NCBI GenBank assembly: GCA_036385045.1
Contig: DASVLC010000050.1
Span: 1,916-65,915, forward strand
Direction of reading: 5' to 3'
Origin: Thermoanaerobaculia bacterium
GTDB taxonomy: Bacteria > Acidobacteriota > Thermoanaerobaculia > Gp7-AA8
Length of the DNA: 64,000 nt
The translations under genes and the position numbers were made by a program. Below, piece by piece: positions 36,167 through 47,285 of the stretch. Every line of letters begins with the position of its first letter. Within the stretch, counting starts at the first letter, position 1. The notes beneath the pieces are model-generated. The model was not told the origin of the DNA and did not search any database. It saw nothing but the letters and a program-made list of their open reading frames with translations.

Positions 36167-38443
36167 ATGGCCGACAACATCCGCGACGAGGCGCTCGACT
36201 ACCATTCGAGCGGCCGCCCCGGCAAAATCGAGGTCGTCCCGTCGAAGCCGACGGCGACGCAGCGCGACCTCTCCCTCGCTTACACCCCGGGGGTTGCCCA
36301 ACCCTGTCTCGAAATTGCTGCCGACCCCTCCGCCGTCTACAAATACACCGCCAAAGGGAACCTGGTTGCCGTCATCAGCAACGGAACGGCAGTGCTCGGG
36401 CTCGGCAACATCGGACCCGCTGCCGGCAAGCCGGTGATGGAAGGCAAGGGGGTGCTCTTCAAGCGCTTCGCCGACATCGACGTCTTCGACATCGAAGTCG
36501 ACACGCGCGATACCGAGGAGTTCATCCGCTGCGTCAAGCTGCTCGAGCCGACCTTCGGCGGGATCAATCTCGAAGATATCGCTGCCCCGGAATGCTTTGA
36601 GATCGAAGATCGCCTGAAGAAGGAGATGAAGATCCCGGTCTTCCACGATGATCAGCATGGGACGGCGATCATCTCGGCCGCAGCCCTGTTGAATGCCCTC
36701 GAGGTCGCCGGAAAGAAGATCGGAGAGGTTCGGATGGTGATCTCCGGCGCCGGCGCCGCCGCAATGGCCTGCCTCCGTCTCTACATCGACCTTGGCCTCA
36801 CCAAGGAGAACGTGCTGCTCGTCGACAGGCACGGCGTGATCTACAAGGGACGCAAGGACGACATGACTCCCTACAAGACGGAGTTTTCGGCGGAGACGGA
36901 TCGGCGCACGCTCGCCGATGCGATGCGCGACGCCGATGTCTTCATCGGCTTGTCGGCTGGCGGTGTCGTCAGCCAGGACATGGTGCGCTCCATGGCGAAG
37001 GATCCGATCGTTTTCGCCATGGCGAATCCCGATCCCGAGATCCCGTATGACCAGGCAGTCGAGGCTCGCGAAGACGTGATCATGGCAACCGGCCGGTCCG
37101 ACTTCCCGAACCAGGTAAATAACGTACTCGGCTTCCCGTTCATCTTCCGTGGAGCTCTCGACTGTCGCGCGACGACGATCAACGACGAGATGAAACTCGC
37201 CGCGTCCCACGCGCTTGCCGATCTCGCAAAACAGGACGTCCCCGATTCCGTTCTGCGCGCCTACGGCAAGGACCGGATCACCTTTGGCCGCGAGTACCTG
37301 ATTCCCAAGCCCTTCGATTACCGCGTCCTGCTGAATGTCCCGGTAGCCGTCGCACGCGCGGCGGCGGAGACGGGAGTCGCGCAGCAGCCGATTCAGGACT
37401 ACGACGCCTACCGCCGGCAGCTCGAGAACCTTCTCGGACGCTCGCGCGGCTTGATGCACGAGATTTACGAACGGGCCCGGCAGAGCCCGAAACGGATCGT
37501 TTTTCCGGAAGGGGAGCAGGAGAAGATCATCCGCGCAGCGAAGATCCTCACGGACGAGAAGCTGGCACACCCGATCCTGCTGGTTCGCCGCGAAGAGATC
37601 GCGACTCTGCTCAAGAAGTACCAGATCGACGAGACGAAGGTGACCATCATCGACATTGCCGAGTCCGACCGGACCGAGGCTTACATCGACCGGCTCCATG
37701 AGTTGCGCAAACGGCATGGTCTTACCCGCGCCGACGCCCAGCGGGTCCTCAACAGCCGGAACTACTACGCGATGATGATGCTCGAAAGCGGGGACGCCGA
37801 TGGCGTGATCTCCGGGCTCGGTGCCTACTACCCCGCGACGCTCCGTCCCGCTCTGCAGATTCTGAAGACACGACCTGGTGTCCGTCACGTGTCGGGCGCC
37901 TATCTGCTGATGTTCAAGAACCGGACGGTTCTTCTCGCGGACACGACCGTGAACATCAACCCTGACAGCGAGACACTCGCCGAGATCGCCGAACAGACGG
38001 CGGAAACTGCGAGACGGTTCAATCTCGAGCCGAAGATCGCGATGATCTCGTTCTCGAACTTCGGCTCGACCAACGATCCCGCGGCCGAGAAGGTTCGCAA
38101 CGCGGTTCGCATTCTGAAACAGCGCCGGCCCGATCTCATCGTCGATGGCGAGATGCAGGCCGACACCGCAATCTCTCCCGAGATCGCCCAGCAGGATTAC
38201 CCCTGGAGCTCCATTCAGGGCGACGCCAACGTACTGGTGTTTTCGAGTCTCGACGCTGCCAACGCCGCTTACAAGCTGCTGTGGCGTCTCGCCGGAGCGG
38301 AGGTCATCGGTCCGATCCTGCAGGGAATCTCGAAACCGGTGCACGTTCTCCAGCGCGGAGTCGATGTGAACGACATCGTCAACATGGCCGCGATTGCGGT
38401 GCTCGACGCGCAGGAGGCCGAACGGAAGGGCAGCGAAGGTTAG
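36167..38443 (+). CDS. maeB: NADP-dependent malic enzyme (malic enzyme + phosphotransacetylase-like domain)
   Basis: 758 aa. The N-terminal malic enzyme region has a Rossmann motif (ISGAGAAA). The C-terminal ~330 aa are PTA-like. Confidence 0.9.
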   Translation: MADNIRDEALDYHSSGRPGKIEVVPSKPTATQRDLSLAYTPGVAQPCLEIAADPSAVYKYTAKGNLVAVISNGTAVLGLGNIGPAAGKPVMEGKGVLFKRFADIDVFDIEVDTRDTEEFIRCVKLLEPTFGGINLEDIAAPECFEIEDRLKKEMKIPVFHDDQHGTAIISAAALLNALEVAGKKIGEVRMVISGAGAAAMACLRLYIDLGLTKENVLLVDRHGVIYKGRKDDMTPYKTEFSAETDRRTLADAMRDADVFIGLSAGGVVSQDMVRSMAKDPIVFAMANPDPEIPYDQAVEAREDVIMATGRSDFPNQVNNVLGFPFIFRGALDCRATTINDEMKLAASHALADLAKQDVPDSVLRAYGKDRITFGREYLIPKPFDYRVLLNVPVAVARAAAETGVAQQPIQDYDAYRRQLENLLGRSRGLMHEIYERARQSPKRIVFPEGEQEKIIRAAKILTDEKLAHPILLVRREEIATLLKKYQIDETKVTIIDIAESDRTEAYIDRLHELRKRHGLTRADAQRVLNSRNYYAMMMLESGDADGVISGLGAYYPATLRPALQILKTRPGVRHVSGAYLLMFKNRTVLLADTTVNINPDSETLAEIAEQTAETARRFNLEPKIAMISFSNFGSTNDPAAEKVRNAVRILKQRRPDLIVDGEMQADTAISPEIAQQDYPWSSIQGDANVLVFSSLDAANAAYKLLWRLAGAEVIGPILQGISKPVHVLQRGVDVNDIVNMAAIAVLDAQEAERKGSEG

Positions 38444-38625
38444 GCTGAGTGCAAGAATTGCACGGGGTCGTCGTGCACGTTCAGCCCGATCAGGACATCG
38501 AGCATGCATTTATGCATGAGCGAGAAATTTCGGGCGCTGCACGTTTTGTGAAAGCGGCGTCTGCGGCCGCCGCACTCCAAAGCGCTTCGCGCGACGACCT
38601 GGGCGGCAGCGGCCGGCGCCCCGCC

Positions 38626-39006
38626 CTATCCCTCAGGTGCCACACACGACTTCACGAGCGCACTCAGCGCTCCGATGTCGAATGGCTTGGGGAGAAAGGC
38701 GCAGATGCCTGAATTGACCGCCGTTGCGACCTCCGGGTCGCGGTTCGCGCTGACCACGATCACCGGGATGCTCGTCAGAAACGGATCGGTCTGGCGCTCC
38801 CGAAGCACGTCCCAGCCCGACAGGACCGGCATCATCAGGTCGAGGACGACGACGTCAGGCTTGCTGCTGCGCATCAGGTCGAGCGCTTCTCGGCCGTTCG
38901 GCGCTTCGAGGAAATCGTAGCCATCCCTCTTGAGCGCGGCGATGATCAAACGCCGGATCGCAGGGTCGTCATCGACGACCAGGACCGAGAAACCTCCGTC
39001 AGGCAC
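38626..39006 (-). CDS. single-domain response regulator (CheY-like receiver)
   Basis: 126 aa, with VLVVDDD, the phospho-acceptor DVVVLDLMMP, and a conserved Lys near the C-terminus. Confidence 0.85.
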   Translation of the reverse strand: MPDGGFSVLVVDDDPAIRRLIIAALKRDGYDFLEAPNGREALDLMRSSKPDVVVLDLMMPVLSGWDVLRERQTDPFLTSIPVIVVSANRDPEVATAVNSGICAFLPKPFDIGALSALVKSCVAPEG

Positions 39007-39081
39007 TGCCGGGAATTATGCATGAAGTTGATCGTTGGCGGGGACATGACCGTCACCCGTGGCGGGCACGACCATAAAGAC

Positions 39082-40164
39082 ATGAAGATTGCCGTAGCGA
39101 TGTCAGGCGGAGTCGATTCATCGACGGCCGCGTTTCTGCTGAAGTCTCAGGGACACGAGGTCATCGGTCTGTCGATGCAGATGTACGACAACCTCGCAAC
39201 CGCCGACTCTCCGTACGGCGGATGCTGCACGATCGATGACCTGACCGATGCGAAGCGCGTCGCCTGGCGCCTCGAGGTTCCGCACTTCACTCTGAACATG
39301 GAGTCGGGATTTCACGAGAAGGTCGTCACGCCGTTCGTACGCGACTACCTCTCTGGCGTCACCCCCAGTCCGTGCGTGCTCTGCAACACGCATGTGAAGT
39401 TCGATCTGTTCCACCGTAAAGCAATCGCGATCGGCGCCGACAGAATCGCTACCGGCCACTACGCGCGCATCACCCGCGACAATGGCCGATTCGAGCTGCG
39501 CAAGGCGCTCGATCTCGCGAAGGATCAGTCGTACTTTCTATTCGAGCTCTCGCAGGAGCAGCTCTCGGAGGCGCTCTTTCCGCTCGGTGATCTGACGAAG
39601 CCCGAGGTGCGCGAGATCGCCGCGGAGGCTGGTCTGTCGGTCGCGCGGAAGAAGGAGTCGTACGAGATCTGCTTCGTCCCGCAGAAGGACGGCTACGCGA
39701 GCGTCGTCGAGAGGGAAGCGGGCCTCGAGCCGGGCGAGGGTGCCGGCGAGATCGTCGATATCGAGGGGCGGGTGATCGGCAATCACGACGGCTACTACCA
39801 CTTCACGATCGGGCAGCGCCGCGGGCTGCAGGCCGGCGGCTCGCCCGAGCGGTCGTATGTGGTCGACGTGAATCCCTTCACGAAGCGAGTCGTCGTCGGA
39901 CCCGCGACAGCGCTCGAGAGGGACTCGCTGCTCGCCGAACGTGTGCACTGGATCTCCGGAGAAGCGCCGTCGCAGCCGATCGAAGTTCAGGCTCGCGTCC
40001 GGTCCCGCATGGCCGATGTAGCAGCGACGGTAACTCCGCTGCCCGACGGCCGCGCGCGCGTCGACTTTGCCCAGAAAATCCGCTCGGTCGCGCCCGGACA
40101 GGCGGTCGTCTTCTATCAGGGCGACCTCTGTCTCGGCGGCGGCTGGATCATGCGCGAAAAGTAA
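39082..40164 (+). CDS. mnmA: tRNA 2-thiouridine(34) synthase
   Basis: PP-loop AMSGGVDSS and catalytic Cys residues. Start chosen at MKIAVAMSGG. Confidence 0.9.
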   Translation: MKIAVAMSGGVDSSTAAFLLKSQGHEVIGLSMQMYDNLATADSPYGGCCTIDDLTDAKRVAWRLEVPHFTLNMESGFHEKVVTPFVRDYLSGVTPSPCVLCNTHVKFDLFHRKAIAIGADRIATGHYARITRDNGRFELRKALDLAKDQSYFLFELSQEQLSEALFPLGDLTKPEVREIAAEAGLSVARKKESYEICFVPQKDGYASVVEREAGLEPGEGAGEIVDIEGRVIGNHDGYYHFTIGQRRGLQAGGSPERSYVVDVNPFTKRVVVGPATALERDSLLAERVHWISGEAPSQPIEVQARVRSRMADVAATVTPLPDGRARVDFAQKIRSVAPGQAVVFYQGDLCLGGGWIMREK

Positions 40165-40183
40165 GGCTGAGCCGCTCGATTGC

Positions 40184-41047
40184 ATGCATGTCTCAACGAG
40201 CACCCTTTCCTATTGCCCACCGTACGACTGGACGGCGCTCACGACGTTTCTGGCCGCGAGGCAGATCGACGGCGTGGAGCGCGTCGGTAACGCCAGGTAC
40301 GAGCGCACGTTTGTGATCGAGGGTTGTGAAGGTCATGTCGAGGCGACGCACGTTCCCGATCGCCATTGCTTCCGGGTTACTGTTCGCGCGGGTGACCGCT
40401 CGGTCTTTTCTGGGGTGTTCTCGCGGTTGCGGCGCCTTCTCGACCTGGACCTCGACCCGGCGCAGGTCGCGGCGCATTTCGGCGGAGACTCGCTTCTCCG
40501 GCCTCTGGTCGCCGCCAGACCGGGCTTGCGCGTTCCCGGCGCGTTCGATCCCTTCGAGATCTCGGTGCGGGCGATTCTCGGGCAGCAGGTGACGGTCGCC
40601 GGAGCGACGCGGTTATGCTCGCGGCTCGTGCATTCGTTCGGCCGGCAATCCATCGCGGCTCCCGTCGCCAGCGGGCTGACACATCTCTTTCCCGAGCCTG
40701 CGGCGCTGGCCGTCGCTTCCGTTGCGAAGATCGGGATGCCGCGAAACCGGGCGACGACCATCAATGCACTCGCGGAAGCTGTCGACGCCGACGCGCAGTT
40801 TTTCGAAGGGGAGCCGACGGCGGTCCGCGCGAGACTGCTCGCCATCAGAGGCATCGGCGACTGGACCGCTCAGTACGTATCGATGCGGGCGCTCGGTGAT
40901 CGAGACGCTTTCCCCAGCGGCGACCTCGGGCTGCAACGCGCTCTGGCGCGGGGCAGGTTGCGGCCTACCACCCGGCAGATGGAGACGCGCAGCGAGCGAT
41001 GGCGGCCCTGGCGCGCTTACGCCGCACTGCACCTCTGGAGCGCGTGA
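40184..41047 (+). CDS. alkA: DNA-3-methyladenine glycosylase II family (HhH-GPD)
   Basis: 287 aa from MHVSTS, with an AlkA N-terminal domain and the HhH-GPD motif LLAIRGIGDWTAQYV..FPSGDLGL. Confidence 0.7.
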   Translation: MHVSTSTLSYCPPYDWTALTTFLAARQIDGVERVGNARYERTFVIEGCEGHVEATHVPDRHCFRVTVRAGDRSVFSGVFSRLRRLLDLDLDPAQVAAHFGGDSLLRPLVAARPGLRVPGAFDPFEISVRAILGQQVTVAGATRLCSRLVHSFGRQSIAAPVASGLTHLFPEPAALAVASVAKIGMPRNRATTINALAEAVDADAQFFEGEPTAVRARLLAIRGIGDWTAQYVSMRALGDRDAFPSGDLGLQRALARGRLRPTTRQMETRSERWRPWRAYAALHLWSA

Positions 41048-41071
41048 GAGCGATGGAATCCGCTCTGGACT

Positions 41072-41824
41072 TCAATTACCGCCGCTGTCAGGTCCGCGCT
41101 CCGGAAGGTAGTCGCCGATGAAGTTCCATTCCATTCCGTTGCCCCATCCGGCGCCGTGATCGCTGGTGATCCTCTCGACGGAGCGGGCGCCGATCTGGTG
41201 TTCGTCGAAGGCGAGCAGCTGGAGGATCCGCCCCGGCCGGAGATGTTCGCTTGCCCAGGTCAGAGGCGACGCTCCGTGCGCATCGCGAGCCGCGCGGTCC
41301 GCTCCGTGCGCGAGCAGATACTCAATGGTCTCCGCGCTGGCATACGCCGCGGCGCGGTGCAGCGGCGTTTCCCCACGGGTGCGGACGTCGCGCATGAAGG
41401 CGCCGGTCTCCTTCCCGGACGTGGTACGGGCATTCACGTCAGCACCCGCCTCCACGAGCCGCCGGATGACGAACAGGAAGTAGGGACGCCCGGCCTTCGC
41501 AAGTGCATTGTGCAGCGGCGTCTCGCCCGTCTCAGGGTGTGCCGCACGGACGTTCGCACCGTTCTGAATGAGGAAATCGCACATCTTCCAGTGGCCGAAG
41601 AAGGCGGCGTTGCCCAGCTCGTCGTCGAGATCGATGCTGGTCAGATCGCCACCCGCTTCCTGCACGGCTTTCATCGCGGTGACATCGCCGTAGTAGACGA
41701 ACCACTGCATTGCCCGAACGCGACCTTCGCGGAGCACGTCGCGCCAGTCCGGGAGCCGGAGGAGCTCGAATACCAGATCGGTGCGGCCACCCTCGATGCG
41801 CTCCAGCAATTCAGCTTTCTCCAT
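41072..41824 (-). CDS. ankyrin repeat protein
   Basis: 250 aa from MEKAELL, with several TPLH..A...G....V..L...GA repeats. Confidence 0.7.
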   Translation of the reverse strand: MEKAELLERIEGGRTDLVFELLRLPDWRDVLREGRVRAMQWFVYYGDVTAMKAVQEAGGDLTSIDLDDELGNAAFFGHWKMCDFLIQNGANVRAAHPETGETPLHNALAKAGRPYFLFVIRRLVEAGADVNARTTSGKETGAFMRDVRTRGETPLHRAAAYASAETIEYLLAHGADRAARDAHGASPLTWASEHLRPGRILQLLAFDEHQIGARSVERITSDHGAGWGNGMEWNFIGDYLPERGPDSGGN

Positions 41825-42012
41825 GAATGACCTCCTCCGGACATCGCTACCGTTCCGACCTAAGCCGGACACTGGCCAGTATCGCAAAGAAGTGAGGGCG
41901 GGTTGCAACTTGCGCGTGTATGCCGGTGGCGCGGCCCCCACCCGGCTTCGGCCAATGACGATCAGGGTGTGACTCAGCGGGAGGTTTCCGATCCGGCTAC
42001 ACTGCGGCTTCG

Positions 42013-44196
42013 ATGCGGAAGCTGGCGATTGCGCTCCTGGCTCTGATTCTCCTCGCCGCGGCGCTCTGGTTCGGCGGGCGCGTATGGCTGGCGCGCTCGG
42101 TGATGGAGTACGACGGATCGGTCGACGTTGGCGTCGAGGCACTGGTAGAGATCACGTTCGACGAGCGCGGCGTTCCTCAGGTCTGGGCGGCGAGTGAAGG
42201 CGATGCCTACTTTGCGCTCGGCTGGCTGCACGCCTCGGAACGGCTCTTTCAGATGGAGTTGCTGCGGCGCCTTTCGTACGGCGAGCTCTCGGAGGTCTTC
42301 GGCGAGGCGGCGTACGAAACGGACGTGGCGCAGCGGCGTATCGGATTCGGACGCCGCGGAAGAGCGGATGCTTCCCGGCTGACCGCGCCGGCGCGCGCGG
42401 CGCTGCAGCGGTACGTCGACGGTGTGAATGAGGCGATCGAACGAGCGCGTCCACTCCCGCCGGAGCTGGTGATCCTGAGGCTCGAACCGCGCCGATGGAC
42501 GGTCGAGGACTGCCTCGTCATCGCCATGTACCAGAGCTGGTTCTCGCACGAGCTGATGGACGCCGACCGGCGCTTTCAGAAGGTGGTCGAGCTGGCTGGA
42601 AGCGATGCGCGCGCACTGACGACGGCGGCCCATCCCTGGTCACCACCGACGGTGCCCGACGAGTTCGTCGAGCGCTTTCTCGGACCGTCGCGGATGCAGA
42701 TCACCGCGGCGTCGAATTCGTGGGCAGTCGCACCGGGACGCTCGAAGAGCGGCGCCGCCCTCCACGCCTCCGATCCTCACCTCGCCATCGACCAGGTTCC
42801 CGGTCTCTGGTATCTCGCAGGACTGCACTCGCAGGACGGATTGAGCGTCGTCGGGGTCACGTCAGTCGGGATGCCGTTCGTGGTGATGGGACACAACGGC
42901 GCGATCGCCTTTTCGTTCACGGTCGCCGCGATCGATCTGATCGACTACTTCGACGACGCGAAGTCGAATGCAGTCCGGACGATTCGCGAGTCGATCGCGG
43001 TGAAGGGAGAGAAGCAGCCGCGCATTCTCGAGGTTTACGAGACGCAGCGAGGCGTAATGATCGACGAGACGACCTCGATGCACTGGGCGGGATTCGACTT
43101 CCCTCCGGCCCCGTCGATCGACGCCGGATTGCTGCTGCACCGCGCGAAGAACTTCGACGACTTCCGTCGCGCGGTGACCCGGTTCGGCGCGCTCGACGCG
43201 AACTGGATCTTTTCCGACCGCGCCGGGAACATCGGATACCAGCTCGGCGCGCCAGTACCGATGCGGAACTACGACAGCTTAGTCAGGCAGCGAGCCACCG
43301 ATCCCGAGGTCACCTGGACCGGGTATCGGCCGCTCGACCAGACGCCGCATGCGCTCAACCCGGCCGACGGCTTCGTGGCGAGCTGCAACAACCAGATCGT
43401 TTCCGCGGGCTCGGAGTATCCGCTCCCGGGATTCTTCGACCCCTGGCGGATCACCCGCGCCCGGGAGCTGCTTTCTTCCTCCGCGCCTCTCGGCGTCGAC
43501 GAGATGTTGCGTTTCCAGCTCGACGAGTCGTCGGGCATCGCTGCCCGCTGGAAACATCTGGCCGGCCTCGGCGCGTGGGACGGGAAGATGACGGCGTCGA
43601 GCCGCGAAGCGACGCTGTTCGCCGCGTGGTGGAAGGTGCTGCCTCGCCACATCTTCGAAGACGAGCTCGGGAAAGAATGGAAGGCAGCCCGCAGCCTGGT
43701 CGACCAGGCGCTGACTACGGAGTCGCCGCTGCTCGACGACCGACGGACCGTGCACGTGGAATCGCGCGAGGAGATCGCCGCTCGTGCTCGGGCCGAGGCG
43801 AAGAAGATCGCTGGCGACCGCACGTGGGGAGAAGCGAGCATGTTGGTGGTCCGGCATCCTCTCGCGCGCATCGAGTTGCTCGACCGCTGGCTGCGTCTGA
43901 ATCGCGGGCCGTTTCCGGCGCCGGGTGACGGAGGTTCGCTCAATGCGAACTTCCACGCCTTCAACGAAGAGACCGGAATGTTCTCGTCGGAGCTCGGCGC
44001 GAGCATGCGCTTCGTACTCGACTGGTCATCGGTCGACTCATTCGTGCTCACCGGCGCGCTGGGCCAGTCGGGCAACCCGTTCAGCCCGCACTACGACGAC
44101 TTCCTGCCGATGCAGCGGAACGGCGAGAGCTGGACGGTGCCGTTCACGCGCGAAGCGGTGTTCGCGCGTGCGACATCGGTTTTGCGGCTGGAGTAG
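42013..44196 (+). CDS. penicillin acylase family protein (Ntn hydrolase)
   Basis: 727 aa with a signal/anchor peptide and the autoprocessing-site nucleophile context AASNSWAV. Confidence 0.85.
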   Translation: MRKLAIALLALILLAAALWFGGRVWLARSVMEYDGSVDVGVEALVEITFDERGVPQVWAASEGDAYFALGWLHASERLFQMELLRRLSYGELSEVFGEAAYETDVAQRRIGFGRRGRADASRLTAPARAALQRYVDGVNEAIERARPLPPELVILRLEPRRWTVEDCLVIAMYQSWFSHELMDADRRFQKVVELAGSDARALTTAAHPWSPPTVPDEFVERFLGPSRMQITAASNSWAVAPGRSKSGAALHASDPHLAIDQVPGLWYLAGLHSQDGLSVVGVTSVGMPFVVMGHNGAIAFSFTVAAIDLIDYFDDAKSNAVRTIRESIAVKGEKQPRILEVYETQRGVMIDETTSMHWAGFDFPPAPSIDAGLLLHRAKNFDDFRRAVTRFGALDANWIFSDRAGNIGYQLGAPVPMRNYDSLVRQRATDPEVTWTGYRPLDQTPHALNPADGFVASCNNQIVSAGSEYPLPGFFDPWRITRARELLSSSAPLGVDEMLRFQLDESSGIAARWKHLAGLGAWDGKMTASSREATLFAAWWKVLPRHIFEDELGKEWKAARSLVDQALTTESPLLDDRRTVHVESREEIAARARAEAKKIAGDRTWGEASMLVVRHPLARIELLDRWLRLNRGPFPAPGDGGSLNANFHAFNEETGMFSSELGASMRFVLDWSSVDSFVLTGALGQSGNPFSPHYDDFLPMQRNGESWTVPFTREAVFARATSVLRLE

Positions 44197-44200
44197 CGCC

Positions 44201-46036
44201 CTACTCGACCGTCACACTCTTCGCCAGGTTTCGCGGCTGATCGACGTCGGCACCGCGCCGCAAGGCGATGTAGTACGCGAGCAGTTGCGTCGGAATGACG
44301 GTCAGGATCGGCTGCAGCGGCTCGATCGTCCAGGGCACCTCGATGACATCGTCCGCCATCTTCTTCATGGCGTCATCGCCTTCATCGCAGATCATGATGA
44401 GCTTTCCGTCGCGCGCCTTCGCCTCCTGCAGGTTCGAGACGACCTTGTCGTAGACAGGCGTGTGCGTCGCGATGGCGACGATCGGCATGTTCTCGTCGAT
44501 CAGAGCGATCGGTCCGTGTTTCATCTCACCCGCGGGATACCCCTCGGCGTGGATGTAAGAGATCTCTTTGAGCTTGAGCGCTCCCTCGAGCGCGATCGGG
44601 TAGTGTACGCCGCGTCCGAGGTAGAGGAAGTCCTGCGCCCGGTGGTACTTGTTCGCCAGCTGCTCGATGTGCTTCTCCTGGGTCTTCAGGAGGTGCTCGA
44701 TCTTGTGCGGAATCGTCGAGAGCTCATGCATCGCGTAGCGGATGTCCTGAGGGTCATCGCCACGCAGCTGCCGTATGTAGAGCGACAGCAGATAGAAGGC
44801 GGTGAGCTGCGTCGTGAACGCCTTGGTCGACGCGACGCCGATCTCCGGCCCCGCATTCGTGTAGATCACGCCGTCCGACATCCGGGTCGCAGCCGCACCG
44901 ATCACGTTGCAGATCGTCACGAGCTTTGCGCCTTTGGCTCTTGCCTCCTGCATCCCGGCGATCGTGTCGGCCGTTTCGCCGGACTGAGTGACGCCGATCA
45001 CCAGCGTGGCCTCGTCGACGATTGGATTCCTGTAGCGATACTCGGAACCGTAGTCGACTTCCACGGGAATCCCCGCGGCACTCTCGAGCAGAAACTTGCC
45101 GACCAGCCCCGCGTGCCACGAAGTGCCGCACGCCACGATGTGAACCTTCCGGAACTTCGACCACTCGTCGGGGGTGAACTGCAGGTCGTTGAAAAAGACT
45201 TCTCCCGACTCCTCGAACATCCGGCCGTTGAAGGTATCTCGAACCGCACGCGGCTGTTCGTGAATCTCCTTGAGCATGTAGTGCCGATAGCCTTCTTTCT
45301 CGGCCATGACGGCATCCCAGAGGATTCGCTTCGGCTCACGCGTGACGGGCGTGTCATCCGCGGCGAAAACATCCACTTTGCTGTCCTGCACGACGGCGTA
45401 CTCGCCATCCTCGAGATAGATGATGTCGCGCGTATAGGCGAGGAGCGGTGCAACGTCGGAAGCGATGAGGTTCTCTCCATCGCCGAGCCCTACGACGAGC
45501 GGCGGACCCTGCTTCGCGGCCACGATGATTCCTGGTTCGTCGGCGGCAATCATCACCAGGGCGTAGTGCCCGTCGAGCTCTTTCAGGGTCTTCTTTACCG
45601 CGTCGACGAACGGCAGACCGCCCTTGCGATGCTCCTCGATCAGATGCGCGACCACTTCGGTGTCGGTCTCACTTCTGAATTCGTGGCCAGCATCGCGCAG
45701 CCTCTGCTTGAGCGGGATGAAGTTTTCGACGATCCCGTTGTGGATCACGACGACGTTACCCGTGCAGTCCCGATGGGGGTGAGCGTTGTTCTCGTTCGGC
45801 TTGCCGTGCGTTGCCCAGCGCGTGTGCCCCATTCCGAAGGTGCCCTTCAGCGGCGACTCGCCCAGCTTCGTCTCGAGATTCGCAAGCTTTCCCTCGGCAC
45901 GTACGACTTCGACGCCCGAATCGTTGACCACCGCCACACCGGCGCTGTCATAGCCGCGATACTCGAGCTTTTTGAGCCCGCCTAGAAGGACCGGCACGAC
46001 TTCACGCGTGCCGACGTAGCCGATGATTCCGCACAT
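44201..46036 (-). CDS. glmS: glutamine--fructose-6-phosphate aminotransferase
   Basis: Starts MCGIIGYVG (Ntn Cys), has two SIS domains and ends VE. GGAGG lies upstream of the ATG at 46036. Confidence 0.95.
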   Translation of the reverse strand: MCGIIGYVGTREVVPVLLGGLKKLEYRGYDSAGVAVVNDSGVEVVRAEGKLANLETKLGESPLKGTFGMGHTRWATHGKPNENNAHPHRDCTGNVVVIHNGIVENFIPLKQRLRDAGHEFRSETDTEVVAHLIEEHRKGGLPFVDAVKKTLKELDGHYALVMIAADEPGIIVAAKQGPPLVVGLGDGENLIASDVAPLLAYTRDIIYLEDGEYAVVQDSKVDVFAADDTPVTREPKRILWDAVMAEKEGYRHYMLKEIHEQPRAVRDTFNGRMFEESGEVFFNDLQFTPDEWSKFRKVHIVACGTSWHAGLVGKFLLESAAGIPVEVDYGSEYRYRNPIVDEATLVIGVTQSGETADTIAGMQEARAKGAKLVTICNVIGAAATRMSDGVIYTNAGPEIGVASTKAFTTQLTAFYLLSLYIRQLRGDDPQDIRYAMHELSTIPHKIEHLLKTQEKHIEQLANKYHRAQDFLYLGRGVHYPIALEGALKLKEISYIHAEGYPAGEMKHGPIALIDENMPIVAIATHTPVYDKVVSNLQEAKARDGKLIMICDEGDDAMKKMADDVIEVPWTIEPLQPILTVIPTQLLAYYIALRRGADVDQPRNLAKSVTVE

Positions 46037-46133
46037 TCTCTTGCCTCCGACTTCCGAGCGGCGATGGTCCATTCCAGGGGACCACCAACTTCAACGCTCG
46101 TTCCTCACTGGTTCATCGTTAGAATTCACGACA

Positions 46134-47276
46134 ATGACGTTCCGAAGCGCTCTCGTCGTCACCGTCCTGCTGGCCCTCGCGTGTGGAAAGCGCGGAGATC
46201 CACGACCACCCGTACCTGTGATCCCGCAGGCGACCAGCGACGTAGTAGTAACACAGCGTGCCGACAAAGTGATCCTGTCCTGGAGTTACCCGTCGCTCAC
46301 GACGACGGGCCGCAGCCTGACCGACATACGGCGGATCTCCGTTTACCGATATAGCGAAGAGCTCCCCGAATCGGCGCTCGATCCGGCTACTCCGGAGACT
46401 CCGGAGCCTGCCGTGCCTCGTGAAGTCACGGCTTTCGGCAGGATCCCGACGCTCCCACGAGCGCAGTTCGAGAAGCTCAGCACCCGGATCGAGAGCATAG
46501 ACAAGGCCAACCTTGCCGCCGTGACTGCAGGCGCGCAGTTGATTTTCGAGGACCGCCCGCCCATCCGTTCAACGGCCGGCAGGCCCGTTCGCCTCACGTA
46601 TGCGGTCGTCACTGAGGCTTCGACCGCCAGAAGCGAGCTCTCCAACATGGTCACACTGGTCCCGCTGGCTGTTGCCATTCCGCCGTCCGGTCTCACCGCT
46701 ACGGCGCAAGCCGAAGGCGTTCTCCTCGAATGGCAACGCCCCGAGCAGTCGGTCGGGGGCGAAGGATCCCCGGTGGTGGTCGGCTATCACGTCTACCGCT
46801 CCGCCGCGGGAGAGACGCCGGGTGAGCTCACTCAGCCCGTCAACGTGGCGCCGGTGACCGGAACAACCTACCGGGACGTTCCACCTTACGGGGAGCACGA
46901 ATACCGGGTCAGCGCCGTCGCCGCTACGTTACCGACGGTGGTGCAGAGCGAGATGTCGACACCGGCCCCAGTGACGTTCCGCGACCTCGTTGCGCCTGAA
47001 GCACCGACGAACGTGACCGCACTTCTGGAAACGAAGCTCGTCCGCCTCCTCTGGGATCCTGTGACTGCCCCCGACCTCGCCGGGTACCTCCTCTATCGGA
47101 TCGAAGGCCCGTACCGGCTCAAGTTGTCACCGCAGCCGTTCCCCCAGACGGCCTTCACCGACATCTCGATCGAGGTCGGCACCCGATATCACTACGAGGT
47201 TACAGCGGTCGACAGGAGCGGCAACGAAAGCGCACCTGCACGATCCGAAGAGGTCCTGGTACCGAGGACGCCCTGA
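46134..47276 (+). CDS. lipoprotein with fibronectin type III-like repeats
   Basis: Lipobox LALACGKRGDP. Two FN3-like segments (GYHVYRS.., GYLLYRI..YHYEVTAVD). Confidence 0.5.
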   Translation: MTFRSALVVTVLLALACGKRGDPRPPVPVIPQATSDVVVTQRADKVILSWSYPSLTTTGRSLTDIRRISVYRYSEELPESALDPATPETPEPAVPREVTAFGRIPTLPRAQFEKLSTRIESIDKANLAAVTAGAQLIFEDRPPIRSTAGRPVRLTYAVVTEASTARSELSNMVTLVPLAVAIPPSGLTATAQAEGVLLEWQRPEQSVGGEGSPVVVGYHVYRSAAGETPGELTQPVNVAPVTGTTYRDVPPYGEHEYRVSAVAATLPTVVQSEMSTPAPVTFRDLVAPEAPTNVTALLETKLVRLLWDPVTAPDLAGYLLYRIEGPYRLKLSPQPFPQTAFTDISIEVGTRYHYEVTAVDRSGNESAPARSEEVLVPRTP

Positions 47277-47285
47277 GGCCGGGTT

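Noticed and set aside
35888-38509. 873-aa ORF on the minus strand
   Set aside because: It is fully antisense to maeB, which has clear malic-enzyme motifs. Its Arg/Gly/Asp-rich composition is typical of shadow ORFs in high-GC DNA.
38449-38518. Small inverted repeats GTGCAA-GAA-TTGCAC (38449-38463) and CATGCAT-TT-ATGCATG (38503-38518), plus an 87-aa ORF after maeB
   Set aside because: These are short motifs in a convergent intergenic region with no U-tract or promoter context. The ORF has no RBS or motifs. They could be chance.
43925-45985. 686-aa ORF on the plus strand
   Set aside because: It is antisense to glmS (unambiguous MCGIIGYVG..SIS domains) and has no motifs of its own.
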